Assembly: GCA_010093815.1 (NCBI GenBank)
Contig: ML996581.1
Source of the DNA: Pseudovirgaria hyperparasitica
Taxonomy: Eukaryota
Length of the DNA: 51,451 bases
Reading direction: 5' to 3' (one strand)
In this document: positions 49,431-51,451 of the stretch, piece after piece
How the letters are laid out: every line of letters starts with the position of its first letter
How positions within the stretch are numbered: position 1 is the stretch's first letter
Notes under the pieces: generated by a model
Database searches by the model: none
Told to the model about the DNA's origin: nothing
The model's input: only the letters and a program-made list of their open reading frames with translations
Position numbers and translations under genes: made by a program

Positions 49431-51356
49431 TAGAAATACGACGTATATATAGACGTAAGAGTATTTATAGAATATAGTAAGTTTAATAAGGGAGGAAGCT
49501 AGAGTCTACTCGGCTTTCTTAAGATATAGAATAGAGTATACTATTAAAAAGAGGCTCGCTTAGCTTTATTAAGTAAGGAGAGAGTAGTAGTATAGGCGTA
49601 GTATACTAGCGTTAAGTATACCTAGGGTCTACTCTTAATATTACCCTCTCCCTCTACTTATTTATTACTAGAGTCTACCCTAGCTATAGACTACTTATAA
49701 GCGTTAGCTAGCTTATTTCTACTAGCTTTCTAGAGAACTATTAATAAAGCTACTCTTCTATACCTAGTTATTATAGTAGTAATTACTATTAGCTTATAGT
49801 AATACTTATTATTATATATAACGCCCCCTAATATAGGCCTTAGTAACTAGACTTAACGTCTACTATTAGGTTATAGCATATATACCTTCTATTAAAAGAA
49901 TCTATCTATTAAATCTATTATAGGTTATTTATAGAAGACGGTTTAATTTCTATATTAGTAGCTCCTTTTATATCTATATCTCTCTAGTACTAGGTAAATA
50001 GCTATCTATCTAAGAATAGCTTCCCGACGTAGTAGTGTCTATTATTACTCTAGTAGTAATAATTATTATTATAGGATAGTAGTAACCTCTATTATTACCG
50101 TATATAGTACTCTCTATAAGCTAGACTACTTAGACTTAATATATATATTATATAGTAAGTCTAGCAAAATTCTACTAGATACACCATCCGTGCGTCTACT
50201 TTAATTTAGCCCTATACCTTCTTAGGCCTTAGCCCTATACCTTCTTAGACCTTAGACCTATTATTAAGTATTTAGGAGAAAGGGTTTAGTTCTTTAATTA
50301 AGAATTATTTTTATATTAACCTATCTCTTACTAGGTACTTCTTAGTTAATAGAGTGTCTATTATTATGTACGCTAGAACTATTTACTTATCTATTAAGAG
50401 TATATAAATAAGGGTTATTTATACGTTTTAGAGTTATATATAAATAGATATTTATATATTATAGATGTCTTATTTATAATATTCTATTCACGAAGTTCTA
50501 TTTATAATTTTAAGGGTCCTAGGTATAAAGGTATAGTTTCCCTTCTATTTTTCTAGACCTTAATAATCTCGTCTTTCTCTATTATAAGATTAGATTCTCC
50601 CTTCTTATCTAGTTAGAGTCTAGTTACTAATACTTAGGTTCTATAGATAAATAATATTATCTACTACTAGAGCTATGCCCTAGCTAGTAAAGACTATACT
50701 AACTAAGTAGTAAGTATTAGACTCTATATTATTCTTATTAGACTCTACTAATTTACTTAGTTAAACTAAAGTTACTTCTATACTTATTATACCTTAAGAA
50801 GGGTAAATTATTAGAATCTATAAGCTAACTTAGAAGCCCTTATTATAATAACTACTAACTAAGTATTTTAGGCCGGAGATTACTTATATTACTTATATAG
50901 TATAGACTTAGTTAGCTAATACTAGGGCGTAAGTTCTTTTCCCTTCTAGTTCTATATTTTAATACCCGGCTAATAGTTAGTTTAGACTAGATATCTATAA
51001 GAATCTTACCTAGGTTCTAAAAGCTATAAAGGCTTTATAGCCTTTATAAGTAGCTAGTCTACTTTCTATATAAGACTATTTAGACTCTCTAGATAAATAA
51101 TCGCTAACTACGCTTTTAATACTATTACCTTCTAAATAACTATCTAGATAACTAATATAGTAGTCTAGTAGGGTTAAACGTAAGTTTAATCCTAGACTCT
51201 AGTTAAATTCTCTTACTAATCTTCTATTATAGTATAGATAGTATTCCTCTAGTATTAGTATTAGGGCTCTACTAGACTAATCTATAGGCCTATTAGAACG
51301 TACTAGTCTCTAGGTCTTTTTCTTTAGTATTTAATTCTCTTTTTTTTCATTCTTTT
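49431..51356 (-). other. Heavily RIP-mutated telomere-adjacent relic, probably minus-strand coding sequence of unknown family
   Basis: TpA-rich and unrelated to the other elements here. It has a minus-strand intron-like GTAAGA..CTAAC..TAG (51009-50970) and a 23-bp tandem repeat at 50206-50251. Confidence 0.35.
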
Positions 51357-51358
51357 GG

Positions 51359-51451
51359 TTAGGGTTAGGGTTAGGGTTAGGGTTAGGGTTAGGGTTAGGG
51401 TTAGGGTTAGGGTTAGGGTTAGGGTTAGGGTTAGGGTTAGGGTTAGGGTTA
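51359..51451 (+). repeat. Telomeric repeat (TTAGGG)n, right chromosome end
   Basis: About 15.5 perfect TTAGGG units run to the end of the window. Confidence 0.99.

Overview
Right-hand chromosome end of a filamentous ascomycete, ending in (TTAGGG)n. Two GC-balanced gene islands (1-7280 and ~24900-31800) alternate with AT-rich blocks of nested transposons degraded by RIP (TpA-rich, CpA/TpG-poor). The intact genes are a secreted germin/spherulin cupin, an intronless 1130-aa fusion (methyltransferase, FAD oxidase, animal-type phosphomevalonate-kinase-like domain, APRT-like domain), a kinase-like protein and a GNAT acetyltransferase. Several pseudogenes are broken by RIP-type stops. Target-site duplications (TSDs) resolve the nesting. 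A hAT-like element contains a Tad1-like LINE, which contains chromovirus A. Chromoviruses B and C each contain a composite retroelement. Three observations stand out: (i) two chimeric retroelements with the same 1204-bp 5' module fused to LINE 3' ends of different length; (ii) antisense, intron-containing accessory genes with a Zn2Cys6-like CxxC-x6-C motif in two different chromovirus families; (iii) the four-domain enzyme. All calls were made by eye and no database searches were run.
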